Below, one piece after another: positions 1-9,145 of a DNA stretch of 64,000 bases. How positions within the stretch are numbered: the stretch's first letter is position 1; each line of letters begins with the position of its first letter. Below the pieces are notes generated by a model. It worked only from the letters and a program-made list of their open reading frames with translations, had not been told where the DNA came from and did no database searches. This stretch comes from an uncultured bacterium (GTDB taxonomy: Bacteria; CSSED10-310; CAZUFC01), in the NCBI GenBank assembly GCA_964619725.1, contig CAZUFC010000013.1:46570-110569 (forward strand), read 5' to 3'. The position numbers were made by a program, and so were the translations under genes.

Positions 1-690
1 GATTCGCTTCCTGAGCAGACAAAAATAGTCAACAGCATGCTGCCCTATATACAAAAACTGCCCAGTCGATTCAAACGATCTTATTATATCGAGCGCCTGG
101 CTGAAAAACTGAAAGTCGACGACTCGCTGCTTCTTGATGAACTTAATAAAGTCAAAAAGAACAGAATAAAAAAAGTTTCCCCCACCGAAACAGCCTGCAA
201 TCCCGCATATGAAATTGAAAGTCAGCTCCTGTGGCTTATTCTGAACGAACCTCATAAAGCTTCCTGGATTTTTTCAGAAATTTCCTGGGAAATTTTTCAT
301 TGCTCAGAATTAAAAAAAATCGCCAGAGAAATTTATCGAATCTTGCTGGAAGGCAAAAAACCTTCCTTCAATTCCGTATGCGACCGCTTGAATGATCCCT
401 CTCTCAAATCGGAACTCAGTCGCCTGTGCTTTCCTCAACGAAGAGAGCTTCACATTGACGAAATTAACAAGGATGCTACTTTGAACGGATGCCTGCAAAA
501 TTTGAAAAACCGCATCGAAAGACAGGAAGATTCTATTCTCCAAAATGCGATAAAAGATGCGGAAAAAGAGAAAAATGACGAAGAACTCAGAAGATTGATA
601 CTGGAAAGACAAAGAAGACGCAGGGAGGAGGCTGAGTCGTTCAACCGAAGGTTGAACGATGACGGAGAGTTTTTGAAATCAGGTTTTTAA
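1..690 (+). CDS. dnaG: DNA primase, C-terminal part (5'-truncated by window edge)
   Basis: Frame is open from base 1; helical 'RSYYIERLAEKLKVDDSLL..E.QLLWLIL' resembles the DnaB-binding region; context (CAT tRNA, zinc-ribbon gene, rnpB) typical of the dnaG locus. Confidence 0.75.
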   Translation, partial: DSLPEQTKIVNSMLPYIQKLPSRFKRSYYIERLAEKLKVDDSLLLDELNKVKKNRIKKVSPTETACNPAYEIESQLLWLILNEPHKASWIFSEISWEIFHCSELKKIAREIYRILLEGKKPSFNSVCDRLNDPSLKSELSRLCFPQRRELHIDEINKDATLNGCLQNLKNRIERQEDSILQNAIKDAEKEKNDEELRRLILERQRRRREEAESFNRRLNDDGEFLKSGF

Positions 691-746
691 TTTTTTCCTT
701 GACAAATGTCCTCAATATCCTTATTCATTGTGATGGTATGAATGTT

Positions 747-819
747 GGGCCCATAGCTCATGTGGTAGAGCCACCGGCTCATAACCGGTAGGTGCCAGGT
801 TCGAGTCCTGGTGGGCCCA
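747..819 (+). tRNA. tRNA with CAT anticodon, most likely tRNA-Ile2 (lysidine) rather than Met; CCA not encoded
   Basis: Acceptor GGGCCCA/TGGGCCC, anticodon arm CCGG-CTCATAA-CCGG, T-arm CCAGG-TTCGAGT-CCTGG; paired 1:72 excludes initiator; position after dnaG matches the usual Ile2 locus. Confidence 0.9.
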
Positions 820-900
820 CTTACTTGCTTTGGTTTTCCGGGAGGAAACAAATACGTTGATTTCTTATATAAAATTCCCTTTTGGGAGAAGGATTCCGAA

Positions 901-936
901 AAAAAAGTGTACCGAATCTGGTACACTTTTTTTTTT
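901..936. terminator. Intrinsic terminator after the tRNA (possibly bidirectional)
   Basis: AAAAAAGTGTACC-gaatct-GGTACACTTTTTT followed by a long T run. Confidence 0.75.
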
Positions 937-992
937 CCCCATAATGATGATTTTCGATTAGTTTCAGAATCGCATATAAAAGGAGTTTAAAG

Positions 993-1700
993 GTGAATTC
1001 CAGGCTAAAAAAAGTGATCGAATTACAAAAAATCGATCACGTCATCAGGGAAATAGAAGAACGGAAAAAGGAGGTTCCCCGAGCCGTTGACGAGCTGGAC
1101 AGGGAACTTGAAGAATCGACCACAGTTCTGTCCGAATATCGTAAACGGCTCGAAACGATTGAAACGGACCGCCGGTCCAAGGAAAGAGATGTAGAATCGA
1201 ACAACGAGAAAAAGAAGAAATATGAAACGCAGTTATACAGCGTCAAAACGAACAAGGAATATACAGCTCTGCTGAACGAAATTGAAGATATGAATCGCCA
1301 GAATTTGAGTCTGGAAGAAGAAATTCTGGAGCTGATGGAAGAAGCGGATTCGCTTAAGAAAACTCTGGCCTTGAAAGAAGCGGAATTTAAGGAAGAAAAA
1401 CGTAATATTCAGAAGAAAAAACAGGTCAGGGAAGAAGGGCTGGAATCGTTAAACAAAAAACTGGAAGAGAATCAAAAGCAGAGGGCGGATATCCTTAAAG
1501 CGATTGACCGGAATTTGATGAACAGGTATCTCAGGATTTCGAAAGTACGCCGCAACGTCGTGGTCCCGATTAAAGGAAATGCCTGTTCAGGATGTTTTAT
1601 GGTGGTCAGGCCGCAGGTCCTGGCAAGAGTGAGAGAAAGCGAGCAAATAGTAACTTGCGATAATTGTTCTCGAATATTATATTATGAAGAGGACGAATGA
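993..1700 (+). CDS. Coiled-coil protein with C4 zinc ribbon (COG1579/DUF164 type)
   Basis: Long coiled coil, 'KTNKEY.ALL.EI', C-terminal CSGC...CDNC.RILY; AAGGAG before GTG start. Confidence 0.9.
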   Translation: MNSRLKKVIELQKIDHVIREIEERKKEVPRAVDELDRELEESTTVLSEYRKRLETIETDRRSKERDVESNNEKKKKYETQLYSVKTNKEYTALLNEIEDMNRQNLSLEEEILELMEEADSLKKTLALKEAEFKEEKRNIQKKKQVREEGLESLNKKLEENQKQRADILKAIDRNLMNRYLRISKVRRNVVVPIKGNACSGCFMVVRPQVLARVRESEQIVTCDNCSRILYYEEDE

Positions 1701-1709
1701 TTCGTCCGG

Positions 1710-2093
1710 GAGCGAGTCTGAGAGGCGATCGCCGTCATGTTCGCATGTCGGAGGAAAGTCCGAGCTCCGGAGAGCAAAGCGCCGGCTAACGGCCGGGAAC
1801 CGCGAGGTTACGGAAAGTGCCGCAGAAAACATACCGCCTAAGTCCAACGTTTTGAATAAGATTCGGACAAGGACCGGTAAGGGTGAAAAGGTGCGGTAAG
1901 AGCGCACCGCGTGTCCGGCGACGGTCACGGCAGGGCAAACCCCGCTTGGAGAAAGACCAAATAGGAGGACGCTTGAGGGCTGCTCGTCCGATGTCTTTGG
2001 GTAGGTCGTTAGAAGGATCGAGTAATCGATTCTCAAGATTAATGATCGCCGCCCTTCGAAGGGAACAGAACTCGGCTTATTGAAGGCTCGCTT
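1710..2093 (+). ncRNA. rnpB: RNase P RNA, bacterial type A
   Basis: GGAGGAAAGTCCGAGCTCC, GAAAGTGCCGCAGAAA, GGTGCGGTAAGAGCGCACC, GGCAAACCCC and AACAGAACTCGGCTTA motifs; P1 GAGCGAGTCT/AGGCTCGCTT. Confidence 0.97.
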
Positions 2094-2094
2094 T

Positions 2095-2128
2095 ATGGTT
2101 GCGGTTGTCCGCAACCATTTTTATTTTG
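2095..2128 (+). terminator. Intrinsic terminator after rnpB
   Basis: ATGGTTGCGG-ttgt-CCGCAACCAT then TTTTATTTT. Confidence 0.8.
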
Positions 2129-2162
2129 ATATATTTCTGAATGGCAGATGGAATAAAAAGGC

Positions 2163-3134
2163 ATGAGCAAAAAGGTCGGCATATGCAACGCATTGATGGA
2201 CCGTCGTTATGTCAGGCGCTGGAGATCATTTCTGGAAAGTCTTGATTTTGATGTAATCGTATCTCCTGAAACAAATGTACAGATAAAAAATATGGGCCTT
2301 GAAAAGGCGACCGCTGAATGTTGTCTTCCGCTCAAGATTTTTTTTGGTCACTGTTGCAGTCTTAAAGACAGGGTTGATCATATCCTTGTACCCCGTTACG
2401 TCAGAATAACAAAAGGGACTTACATGTGCCCCGTATTTCTGGGATTGCCGGATATGGTTCGGGCGATTCTTTGCGATGATTCGATGATTTGGGAAATCAA
2501 GATCGATTTCCATACTGCCAAAAAAACGGATGCCGGCCTCAGAGTATTCGCTGAAAAGGCGCAAAAGCCCCTGGCGGAAGTGAAAAAGGCTTTTAATAAC
2601 TCCTTGGAGGAAATTCCGCAAGAAGCGACCCACTGGTCGCCTTCAGAAAACAAAGACTTTTCTGAAGGACTTTACAAGAGAAAAAACTTACGTGTAGCGG
2701 TTATAGGCAGGCCGTACGTGATTTTTGATCCCGAATGCGGAGGAATGGCGGTAAAAATTCTGCAGGAAGAAGGATGTACGGTTTATTTTCCGAATTATAC
2801 GGATGAGAAGGATAGGGAACGTTCATTGGAATGTTTGGCCCGGCCCTTGTTCTGGTCGTCTGCGATTGAAACTGCAGGATCGGCTTTTCATATGCTGAGA
2901 GATTCGAATATCGACGGTATAGTTCATATTTCCAGTTTTGCATGCGGACCGGATTCCCTGGTAACGGCTCTGATAGGAAATCGAGCCGATGAATTGGGAG
3001 GCAAAACGCCTTTTTTGTCATTGATTGTTGACGAACATTCGTCGGTTGAAGGGATAAGGACGCGTCTGGAAGCGTTTTTAGATATTCTTGACAGAATGCC
3101 TGATAATCAAACGGAAGACGAAAAGAGCGACTGA
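2163..3134 (+). CDS. Acyl-CoA dehydratase activase-related (DUF2229-type) Fe-S protein
   Basis: 'W..FL..L.F.V..SP.T', 'CLPLK.F.GH', 'CP.F.GLPDM', 'GRPY', 'SFACGPDS', 'DEHSS..G..TRLEAF.D'. Confidence 0.85.
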   Translation: MSKKVGICNALMDRRYVRRWRSFLESLDFDVIVSPETNVQIKNMGLEKATAECCLPLKIFFGHCCSLKDRVDHILVPRYVRITKGTYMCPVFLGLPDMVRAILCDDSMIWEIKIDFHTAKKTDAGLRVFAEKAQKPLAEVKKAFNNSLEEIPQEATHWSPSENKDFSEGLYKRKNLRVAVIGRPYVIFDPECGGMAVKILQEEGCTVYFPNYTDEKDRERSLECLARPLFWSSAIETAGSAFHMLRDSNIDGIVHISSFACGPDSLVTALIGNRADELGGKTPFLSLIVDEHSSVEGIRTRLEAFLDILDRMPDNQTEDEKSD

Positions 3135-3147
3135 AAAGAGGCGAGAA

Positions 3148-4455
3148 GTGAATTTACGATTGGCTTTGGTATTTCCCTGGGACCAAATGGAGCCGTGGCG
3201 AGGCAAGAAATCTTCGTTCGTGTTTCCTCCCCTCGCTCTACCTCTGCTGGCGGCTCTAACTCCTCCGCACATTGATCTGAAAATCATCGACGAAGCCGTT
3301 GATCCGCTGAATTATCCTTATCCTGACTTTGATGCCGTAGCTTTTTCTGTGGTTACGCCTTCAGCTCCCAGAGCCTATCAACTGGCGCAGATTTATCGGG
3401 AAAAAGGAGCCAAGATTATCATGGGCGGTCTTCATCCGACTGTGCTTCCTGATGAAAGCGGCAATTATGCGGATTCGGTCGTGATCGGGGAGGCTGAATT
3501 GATATGGAGACAATTATTGAACGATCTGGAAAACGATGAGTTGGCGCCTGTATACAAGAGTGCCGCAATGACTCCTCCGGAAATGATACCGTTCGCAGAC
3601 AGATCGGGACTGAATCTGAGAAAATACGCCATACCTTATACGGTACAAGCGACCAGAGGTTGTCCCTGGGGATGTTCCTTCTGCTGCACAACCAGACTTT
3701 TCGGTTCTAAAGTTCGGATGAGGCCTGTGGATCAGGTGATTGAGGAAATAAAAAGTTTCCCGCGCAAGTTTTTCGTTTTTACTGATGATAACCTTTTCTT
3801 CGACAAGCGTTACGGGACTGAATTGGTCCAGGCTTTAAAACCCCTGAAAAAATGGTGGGTTACGCAAACGGATATGAGTCTCGCAAATCACCCCAATCTG
3901 ATTAAATCAGCAGTTAATGCCGGCTTACTGGGCATTCTGGTGGGCTTTGAAACCATTCTTGAAGAAAACAGACGGGACATCGGAAAAGGAATCAAGAGTG
4001 CGGCTTTCTACAAAAACGCAGTGGAGGTTTTCCATCGTAACGGCCTGCTCGTTCAGGGTTCTTTCGTCGTCGGCTTCGACCACGACACTCCCGACATGTT
4101 TCCGAAATTGCTGCGTTTCTGCCGGGATTTGAAATTGGATACGGCCAACTTTTGCATTTTGACGCCACTGCCGGGTACCCGAATTTATGACAGGTTGAAT
4201 TCCCAAAATCGTATAATTACCCCAGACTGGAAATTCTTCAATCGGCACTCGCTTGTTTTTCAACCTGAAAAATTAACTCCCCGGGAATTGCTCGAAGGCA
4301 GAAATTTTTTATACCGGAACTTCTATTCCTGGAAATCAATATGGAGAAGAAAACCCGGAAAATTACGTCATAACCTTTTTTATTGGACCTATAACATCAA
4401 TTTCAGACGCGGAATCAGGGAAATTGTAAACTTATCCCATAAGCTGGAGGACTGA
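3148..4455 (+). CDS. B12-binding radical SAM protein
   Basis: 'PPLAL..LAALTP', 'GG.HPT', 'GEAE', 'RGCPWGCSFC', 'DDN', 'TPLPGT'; GTG start at 3148 preferred because it avoids overlap. Confidence 0.9.
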   Translation: MNLRLALVFPWDQMEPWRGKKSSFVFPPLALPLLAALTPPHIDLKIIDEAVDPLNYPYPDFDAVAFSVVTPSAPRAYQLAQIYREKGAKIIMGGLHPTVLPDESGNYADSVVIGEAELIWRQLLNDLENDELAPVYKSAAMTPPEMIPFADRSGLNLRKYAIPYTVQATRGCPWGCSFCCTTRLFGSKVRMRPVDQVIEEIKSFPRKFFVFTDDNLFFDKRYGTELVQALKPLKKWWVTQTDMSLANHPNLIKSAVNAGLLGILVGFETILEENRRDIGKGIKSAAFYKNAVEVFHRNGLLVQGSFVVGFDHDTPDMFPKLLRFCRDLKLDTANFCILTPLPGTRIYDRLNSQNRIITPDWKFFNRHSLVFQPEKLTPRELLEGRNFLYRNFYSWKSIWRRKPGKLRHNLFYWTYNINFRRGIREIVNLSHKLED

Positions 4456-4546
4456 TATCTTTAAATTCTGATGAAAAAGTCAATAAACGCTCTCGACTCG
4501 CCATTCTCAATCGCATACAATAGTTCACAGAAGAGGTGAAGGGCTG

Positions 4547-5560
4547 ATGTCTTTGCATTTGAGTCGGTTTAAAATAAGCATCATTTTAATGGCGCTTATC
4601 GCTTGCACCGGCGTTCTTGGTTATGAAATTATTGAGGGAATGTCGTTTCTGGATGCTGTTTACATGACTGTCATTACTTTGGCGACTGTCGGGTATCAGG
4701 AAGTCAAACCGCTCAGCGATGGAGGCAGAATTTTTACTGTCGGTTTGATTCTCAGCGGCGCCATGCTGGCGGCTTACGTCGTGACAGCCTCAGCAAATAT
4801 TATTTTTGAAGGGCGCCTGAAATCGTTTTACCGGAGAAAATCCATGAAAAACAGAATTATGAATTTAAAGAATCATCATATTTTGGCCGGGTATAATCGC
4901 ATCGGAGTGCAGGTCGGAAGAGAGTTCCATAGTCGCAAAACGGATTTTGTGGTCATTGAAAAAGACGCAGAAAAAGCCGAAGAACTGATGGAGAAAAACT
5001 TTCTGGTTGTAACGGGAGATGCGCTGGAGGATGAAGTGCTGGTGGAAGCGGGGATTAAAAGAGCCAAAACGCTTATTACAGCCCTTACCGATGATGCGGA
5101 TAATGTTTATGTTACGCTGACGGCTAAAAGCCTGAATCCGAATGTTATCGTCGTCGCACAGACAAACTCCGAAATGACCGCTAGAAAGCTCGGCCGGGCC
5201 GGCGCCGACAAAGTTATCCTGCCCTACGAGATCGGCGGCAATATGATGGCGCTCGCTGCCATAAGACCTCACGTAACCGACTTGATCGAACTCACAACCG
5301 TAAGGCATGAATTGGACCTGGAAATAATGGGCGTTCAGGTCGAATCAGGTTCTGTTTTATGCCGAAAAACACTGGCTGATACTCGTTTGTCCAGAGAATT
5401 GGGATTGATCGTCATCGCAGTCAAAAAAGGGGAAGAAACCGTTTTCAATCCTTCCTTCGAAACTCTGATTGAAGACAAGGATATTCTGTTCGTCATTGGC
5501 AGCGAAAAACAACTCAGAAAATTGGAAAGACTGGCTTTGAAATTAGATTCAGATGCCTGA
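4547..5560 (+). CDS. 2-TM potassium channel family protein with TrkA-N/TrkA-C (RCK) domains
   Basis: Two TM helices around 'Y.TVITLATVGY', Rossmann 'H.I.AGYNRIG', 'GDA....L..AGI..A', TrkA-C 'FNPS.ET.I...D.L'. Confidence 0.9.
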   Translation: MSLHLSRFKISIILMALIACTGVLGYEIIEGMSFLDAVYMTVITLATVGYQEVKPLSDGGRIFTVGLILSGAMLAAYVVTASANIIFEGRLKSFYRRKSMKNRIMNLKNHHILAGYNRIGVQVGREFHSRKTDFVVIEKDAEKAEELMEKNFLVVTGDALEDEVLVEAGIKRAKTLITALTDDADNVYVTLTAKSLNPNVIVVAQTNSEMTARKLGRAGADKVILPYEIGGNMMALAAIRPHVTDLIELTTVRHELDLEIMGVQVESGSVLCRKTLADTRLSRELGLIVIAVKKGEETVFNPSFETLIEDKDILFVIGSEKQLRKLERLALKLDSDA

Positions 5561-5596
5561 AAAAATATACGCCCATTCTTCAGGACTGCCGCAGGA

Positions 5597-6553
5597 TTAA
5601 TCCAGATTATACTTTTTTCTTTTTTCCAAAAGAGTTTTACGGTTGATCTTAAGGATTTCCGCTGCGCGGGTTTTATTCCCCCCCGTCTTTTCCAGAACAC
5701 TTATAATGTAATGCTTTTCCAGCTCCTGAAGGCTCCAGTTCTGCATAGCCGCCGTTGAAATTAAATCCTCCTCGGGCGCATTTCGCGTAATCTGAATTTC
5801 ATTCAGCGTGATACAACCGTCCTCCGATAAAAGAGTCGCTCTTTCCAGCACGTTGAAAAGCTGTCTGACATTTCCCGGCCAATGGTAATTCGCCAACGCT
5901 TTCATTATCTCAGGGTCCGCTCTTTTGAATATTTTATTTTTCGTCCTGTCCTGACGGTCAAAAAATGCGCGAACCAGCAATGGTATATCGCTCAGTCGCT
6001 CTCTTAACGGAGGAATTCTTATAGGAAATACGTTCAGAGTATAATAGAGTTCCTTTCTGAGGCGACCATGCTTGAGAGCCGTTTGAATATCCTCATTGCA
6101 GGCTGCTATTACCCGCGCTTTCAGCTTGATTACATTGTGGCCGCCGAGTTTCCCGAACTCTCTGTCCTGGAGAACTCGCGCCAGTTTCGGCTGATATGAA
6201 GGCGGCATTGAAAGCACATTGTCCAAATACAACGATCCTTCTTCAGCTATTTCAAATTTGCCGGCTTTCGATTCCACCGCTCCCGTAAAAGTTCCCTTTT
6301 CATGCCCGAATAATTCTGAATCCAGTAAAGATTCGGGAATGGTCGAAAAATCTACTTTTACCATTGGAGATTCGCTGCGATATGATTGTTGATGAATGTA
6401 TCGAGCCAGATGTTCTTTTCCGCAACCGGTCTCGCCTGAGATCAGAACAGTTGCGCTTGAATCCGCTACTTTGCTCACTGCCGATTTTATCTTGAGTATC
6501 TCTGAGTGGTTGCCGACAAATTTGATTCCTGCCGCTTTTTTTTTGTCCTTCAT
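5597..6553 (-). CDS. Sigma-54 activator-family AAA+ protein with Fis-type HTH, no sensor domain, degenerate motifs
   Basis: GETGCGKE, SELFGHEKGTFTGA, WPGNVRQL, 'GGNKTRAAEILKI.RKTL'. Confidence 0.9.
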   Translation of the reverse strand: MKDKKKAAGIKFVGNHSEILKIKSAVSKVADSSATVLISGETGCGKEHLARYIHQQSYRSESPMVKVDFSTIPESLLDSELFGHEKGTFTGAVESKAGKFEIAEEGSLYLDNVLSMPPSYQPKLARVLQDREFGKLGGHNVIKLKARVIAACNEDIQTALKHGRLRKELYYTLNVFPIRIPPLRERLSDIPLLVRAFFDRQDRTKNKIFKRADPEIMKALANYHWPGNVRQLFNVLERATLLSEDGCITLNEIQITRNAPEEDLISTAAMQNWSLQELEKHYIISVLEKTGGNKTRAAEILKINRKTLLEKRKKYNLD

Positions 6554-6924
6554 TCTATATCATTCGTAATATCCGCAGTATGCAATTTTTTTTCGATCAT
6601 ATCTTCGAGCAGACGAGGCGCCTCCCGCCATAAGTGTTCAAGATTGTAATATTCGCGCTTTTCCTTGATGAATACATGAATAACTACATCCACGTAATCC
6701 ATCAGTACCCATTGGCCTTGCTCCTTTCCCTCTATATGACGCAACCTGTAGCCCTGCTCAGATAATTTCTCTTCCACTCTCTCGGCAATGGCCTTTACCT
6801 GTCTTTCAGAGTCGCCGGAACAAATAATGAAATGATCAGTTATGGTTGAAAAGCCCTTTAAATCCAATACTGTAATATCGTCTGCCTTTTTTTCTGCTGC
6901 CGCTGAAACGGCGTATTCCAACAA
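6550..6924 (-). CDS. rsfS: Ribosome silencing factor
   Basis: 'EKKA.DI.VLDL', 'D.FIICSG.S.RQVKAIA', 'WVLMDY.DVVIHVF....R.YY.LE.LW'. Confidence 0.95.
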   Translation of the reverse strand: MLEYAVSAAAEKKADDITVLDLKGFSTITDHFIICSGDSERQVKAIAERVEEKLSEQGYRLRHIEGKEQGQWVLMDYVDVVIHVFIKEKREYYNLEHLWREAPRLLEDMIEKKLHTADITNDIE

Positions 6925-7004
6925 ATCTTGGTGTGAAATCGGAGTTACCTCCTATATGAGTTATTTTGTTGATCTCATCGAGGAACTGAAAAGATTCCCT
7001 CATA

Positions 7005-7033
7005 AATATAAACAAAACAAAAGGAAGTGTCAA
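7005..7033 (-). promoter_or_regulatory. Sigma-70-like promoter for rsfS and the AAA+ gene
   Basis: TTGACA-17 nt-TATATT on the minus strand. Confidence 0.55.
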
Positions 7034-7086
7034 ATTGATTTCATCGAACGAAGTGATTTCTTCCCCAAATCTATTTCTCAGAAATC

Positions 7087-7761
7087 TTACGAATACAATC
7101 CGTGTTCTTTAATGTAAGTATATGTCTTCTCAGGAACAAGGTAGCGGAAACAGCGGTTCTCGCTGATTCGTTTCCTTATGCCGGAAGAGGAAACTTCGAT
7201 GGATGATATACGAAAAAACCATATGCGGGTTGGATGGCGGCATTCCTTTGACAACAAAGTATTAGTATCCAAAGGTTTCATATTTTGTTCATCGAGGGAA
7301 AAATTCAATTTTTGCGTGAAATGACCCGGCAAGTTTTTCAGGTCCTTGATGTACCGGTTAGGCCTGGATGTGACAATAAAATGACAGGTTTTCAGCAGTT
7401 GCTCCCAGTCTTTCCAGGTATTGATCTCGGCGAAAGCATCAATGCCCAGGATGAAATAAAATTCAGCCTCCGGATTCGTTTTCATCAAATAATGAATCGT
7501 ATCGATGGAATAGGAATAGCCGGGCCGTCTCGATTCGCAACGTTCTATTCTTAATCGTTCGTTGTTTTCGATGGCGGCTTCGACCATATTCGCCCTGTGC
7601 TTGAATGAAAGAACATCCGTTTGTTTTTTATGAGGCGGCGATTTTGAGGGGATAAAAAGGACATGATCGAGTTTGAATATTTCAAGAGTTTCTTCGGATG
7701 ATATAAGATGTCCGATATGGACCGGATCGAAAGTGCCTCCTAAAACTCCGATTTTTTTCAT
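7087..7761 (-). CDS. nadD: Nicotinate-nucleotide adenylyltransferase
   Basis: 'IGVLGGTFDPVHIGHL', 'PPHK', 'SSS.IR'; real start ATG 7761 directly after the obgE stop. Confidence 0.95.
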   Translation of the reverse strand: MKKIGVLGGTFDPVHIGHLISSEETLEIFKLDHVLFIPSKSPPHKKQTDVLSFKHRANMVEAAIENNERLRIERCESRRPGYSYSIDTIHYLMKTNPEAEFYFILGIDAFAEINTWKDWEQLLKTCHFIVTSRPNRYIKDLKNLPGHFTQKLNFSLDEQNMKPLDTNTLLSKECRHPTRIWFFRISSIEVSSSGIRKRISENRCFRYLVPEKTYTYIKEHGLYS

Positions 7762-7762
7762 C

Positions 7763-8785
7763 TTATTGATCGCTGTCTTTTGTAAGTCCTTCGTAAAGCT
7801 GCCAGACCTTTCCCAATAATTCCCGAACGCCCTTTCCCGTAACCGCTGAGATAGCCTGAAAAGCATAATCGCGGGAAAGAGCAAACTGACGCAACTTTTC
7901 CAGTTTCTCTTCATGCCCCGGTATATCGATTTTGGCGGCAACGATTATAAACGGCTTTTTCGCCAGATCAGCATGGTGCGATTTTAATTCTTCCTTGAGA
8001 ATAACAAATTCGTCAACCGGTTGATTCGTGTTCGCCGGAGATACGTCAATCAAATGGAGAAGCGCCTCTGTTCTTTCCACATGCTTCAGGAATTGAAGCC
8101 CCAGACCGGCTCCCTTGTGAGCATTCTCGATGATACCGGGAATATCGGCAAAAACGAGCTGTTTTTCATCTTTATATGTTACGATTCCGAGATTGGGGAT
8201 TAGGGTCGTAAAAGGATACCCGGCAATTTTGGGTTTGGCTGCGGAAACGCAACTGATGAGCGTTGATTTTCCTGCATTGGGAAAACCGATTAATCCGATG
8301 TTAGCTAAAAGCTTCAATTCCAGTCTTATTTTTCTGTACTGTCCGGGTTTGCCTTCTTCAGCATAGGTCGGCGTCTGATTCGTGGAAGAGGTAAAACGGG
8401 CGTTGCCTCGTCCGCCGCGGCCTCCTTGGGCGATTAAAACTTCCTTTCCGTCGCGATCTACATCGGCAATGATCGAACCTGTCTGTTCATCATATACCAC
8501 GGTTCCTACAGGAGCCTGTAAAATCATAGGTTCGGCGCTTCTGCCTGTACTTTTTTTCCCTCTTCCCGGCTTGCCGTTTTCCGCCCAATAATGCATTTTA
8601 TAATGATAATCCATCAGTGAGCTCATATGGGAATTGCCCTTGATTATCACATCTCCGCCTTTTCCTCCGTCGCCGCCGTCAGGACCGCCTTTAGGGACAT
8701 ACTTTTCCCTCCTGAAACCGACGCACCCGTCGCCTCCCTTGCCTGATTTAACTTCGATTACAGCCTCGTCGATGAATTTGCTCAT
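7763..8785 (-). CDS. obgE: GTPase ObgE/CgtA
   Basis: 'FIDEA.I.V.SG.GG.G...FRREKYVP.GGPDGGDGG', GFPNAGKST, DIPG. Confidence 0.97.
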   Translation of the reverse strand: MSKFIDEAVIEVKSGKGGDGCVGFRREKYVPKGGPDGGDGGKGGDVIIKGNSHMSSLMDYHYKMHYWAENGKPGRGKKSTGRSAEPMILQAPVGTVVYDEQTGSIIADVDRDGKEVLIAQGGRGGRGNARFTSSTNQTPTYAEEGKPGQYRKIRLELKLLANIGLIGFPNAGKSTLISCVSAAKPKIAGYPFTTLIPNLGIVTYKDEKQLVFADIPGIIENAHKGAGLGLQFLKHVERTEALLHLIDVSPANTNQPVDEFVILKEELKSHHADLAKKPFIIVAAKIDIPGHEEKLEKLRQFALSRDYAFQAISAVTGKGVRELLGKVWQLYEGLTKDSDQ

Positions 8786-8845
8786 ATGCAAATTAACCCC
8801 TTACCCATGAATGGGCAGGGGTTAGAAATATTCGAAAAAAATTGC

Positions 8846-9106
8846 TCAGTTTACTCTGGGGTATACGCTGATCTTCTTGCGCAGCCGGCCGTGCTTCTCG
8901 AATGCCACGATTCCGTCGATTTTAGCGAATAAACTGTCGTCCTTGGCCTTGCCGACGTTTAACCCGGGGTAATATTTCGTTCCCCGCTGCCTTATCAAAA
9001 TGCTTCCCGCAGTTACGAAATTTCCGCCGAATCGCTTTATTCCGAGTCTCTGGGCGTTACTGTCCCGGCCGTTCCTTGAACTCCCCACACCTTTTTTGTG
9101 TGCCAT
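8846..9106 (-). CDS. rpmA: 50S ribosomal protein L27
   Basis: [20 protein letters not shown]. Confidence 0.98.
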   Translation of the reverse strand: MAHKKGVGSSRNGRDSNAQRLGIKRFGGNFVTAGSILIRQRGTKYYPGLNVGKAKDDSLFAKIDGIVAFEKHGRLRKKISVYPRVN

Positions 9107-9145
9107 TTTTTCGCTCCTTATGAATTAAAGCAATGATCCGAAAAC

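Noticed and set aside
687-926. 79-aa minus-strand ORF
   Set aside because: Antisense to the tRNA and terminator
1677-2114. ORFs 1677-2114, 1684-1899 and 1883-2083
   Set aside because: Shadow frames over RNase P RNA
7762-7941. N-terminal extensions in the ORF track (nadD and ORFs at 24451, 40382, 51262, 57407)
   Set aside because: They overlap upstream genes or lack an RBS; better downstream starts exist
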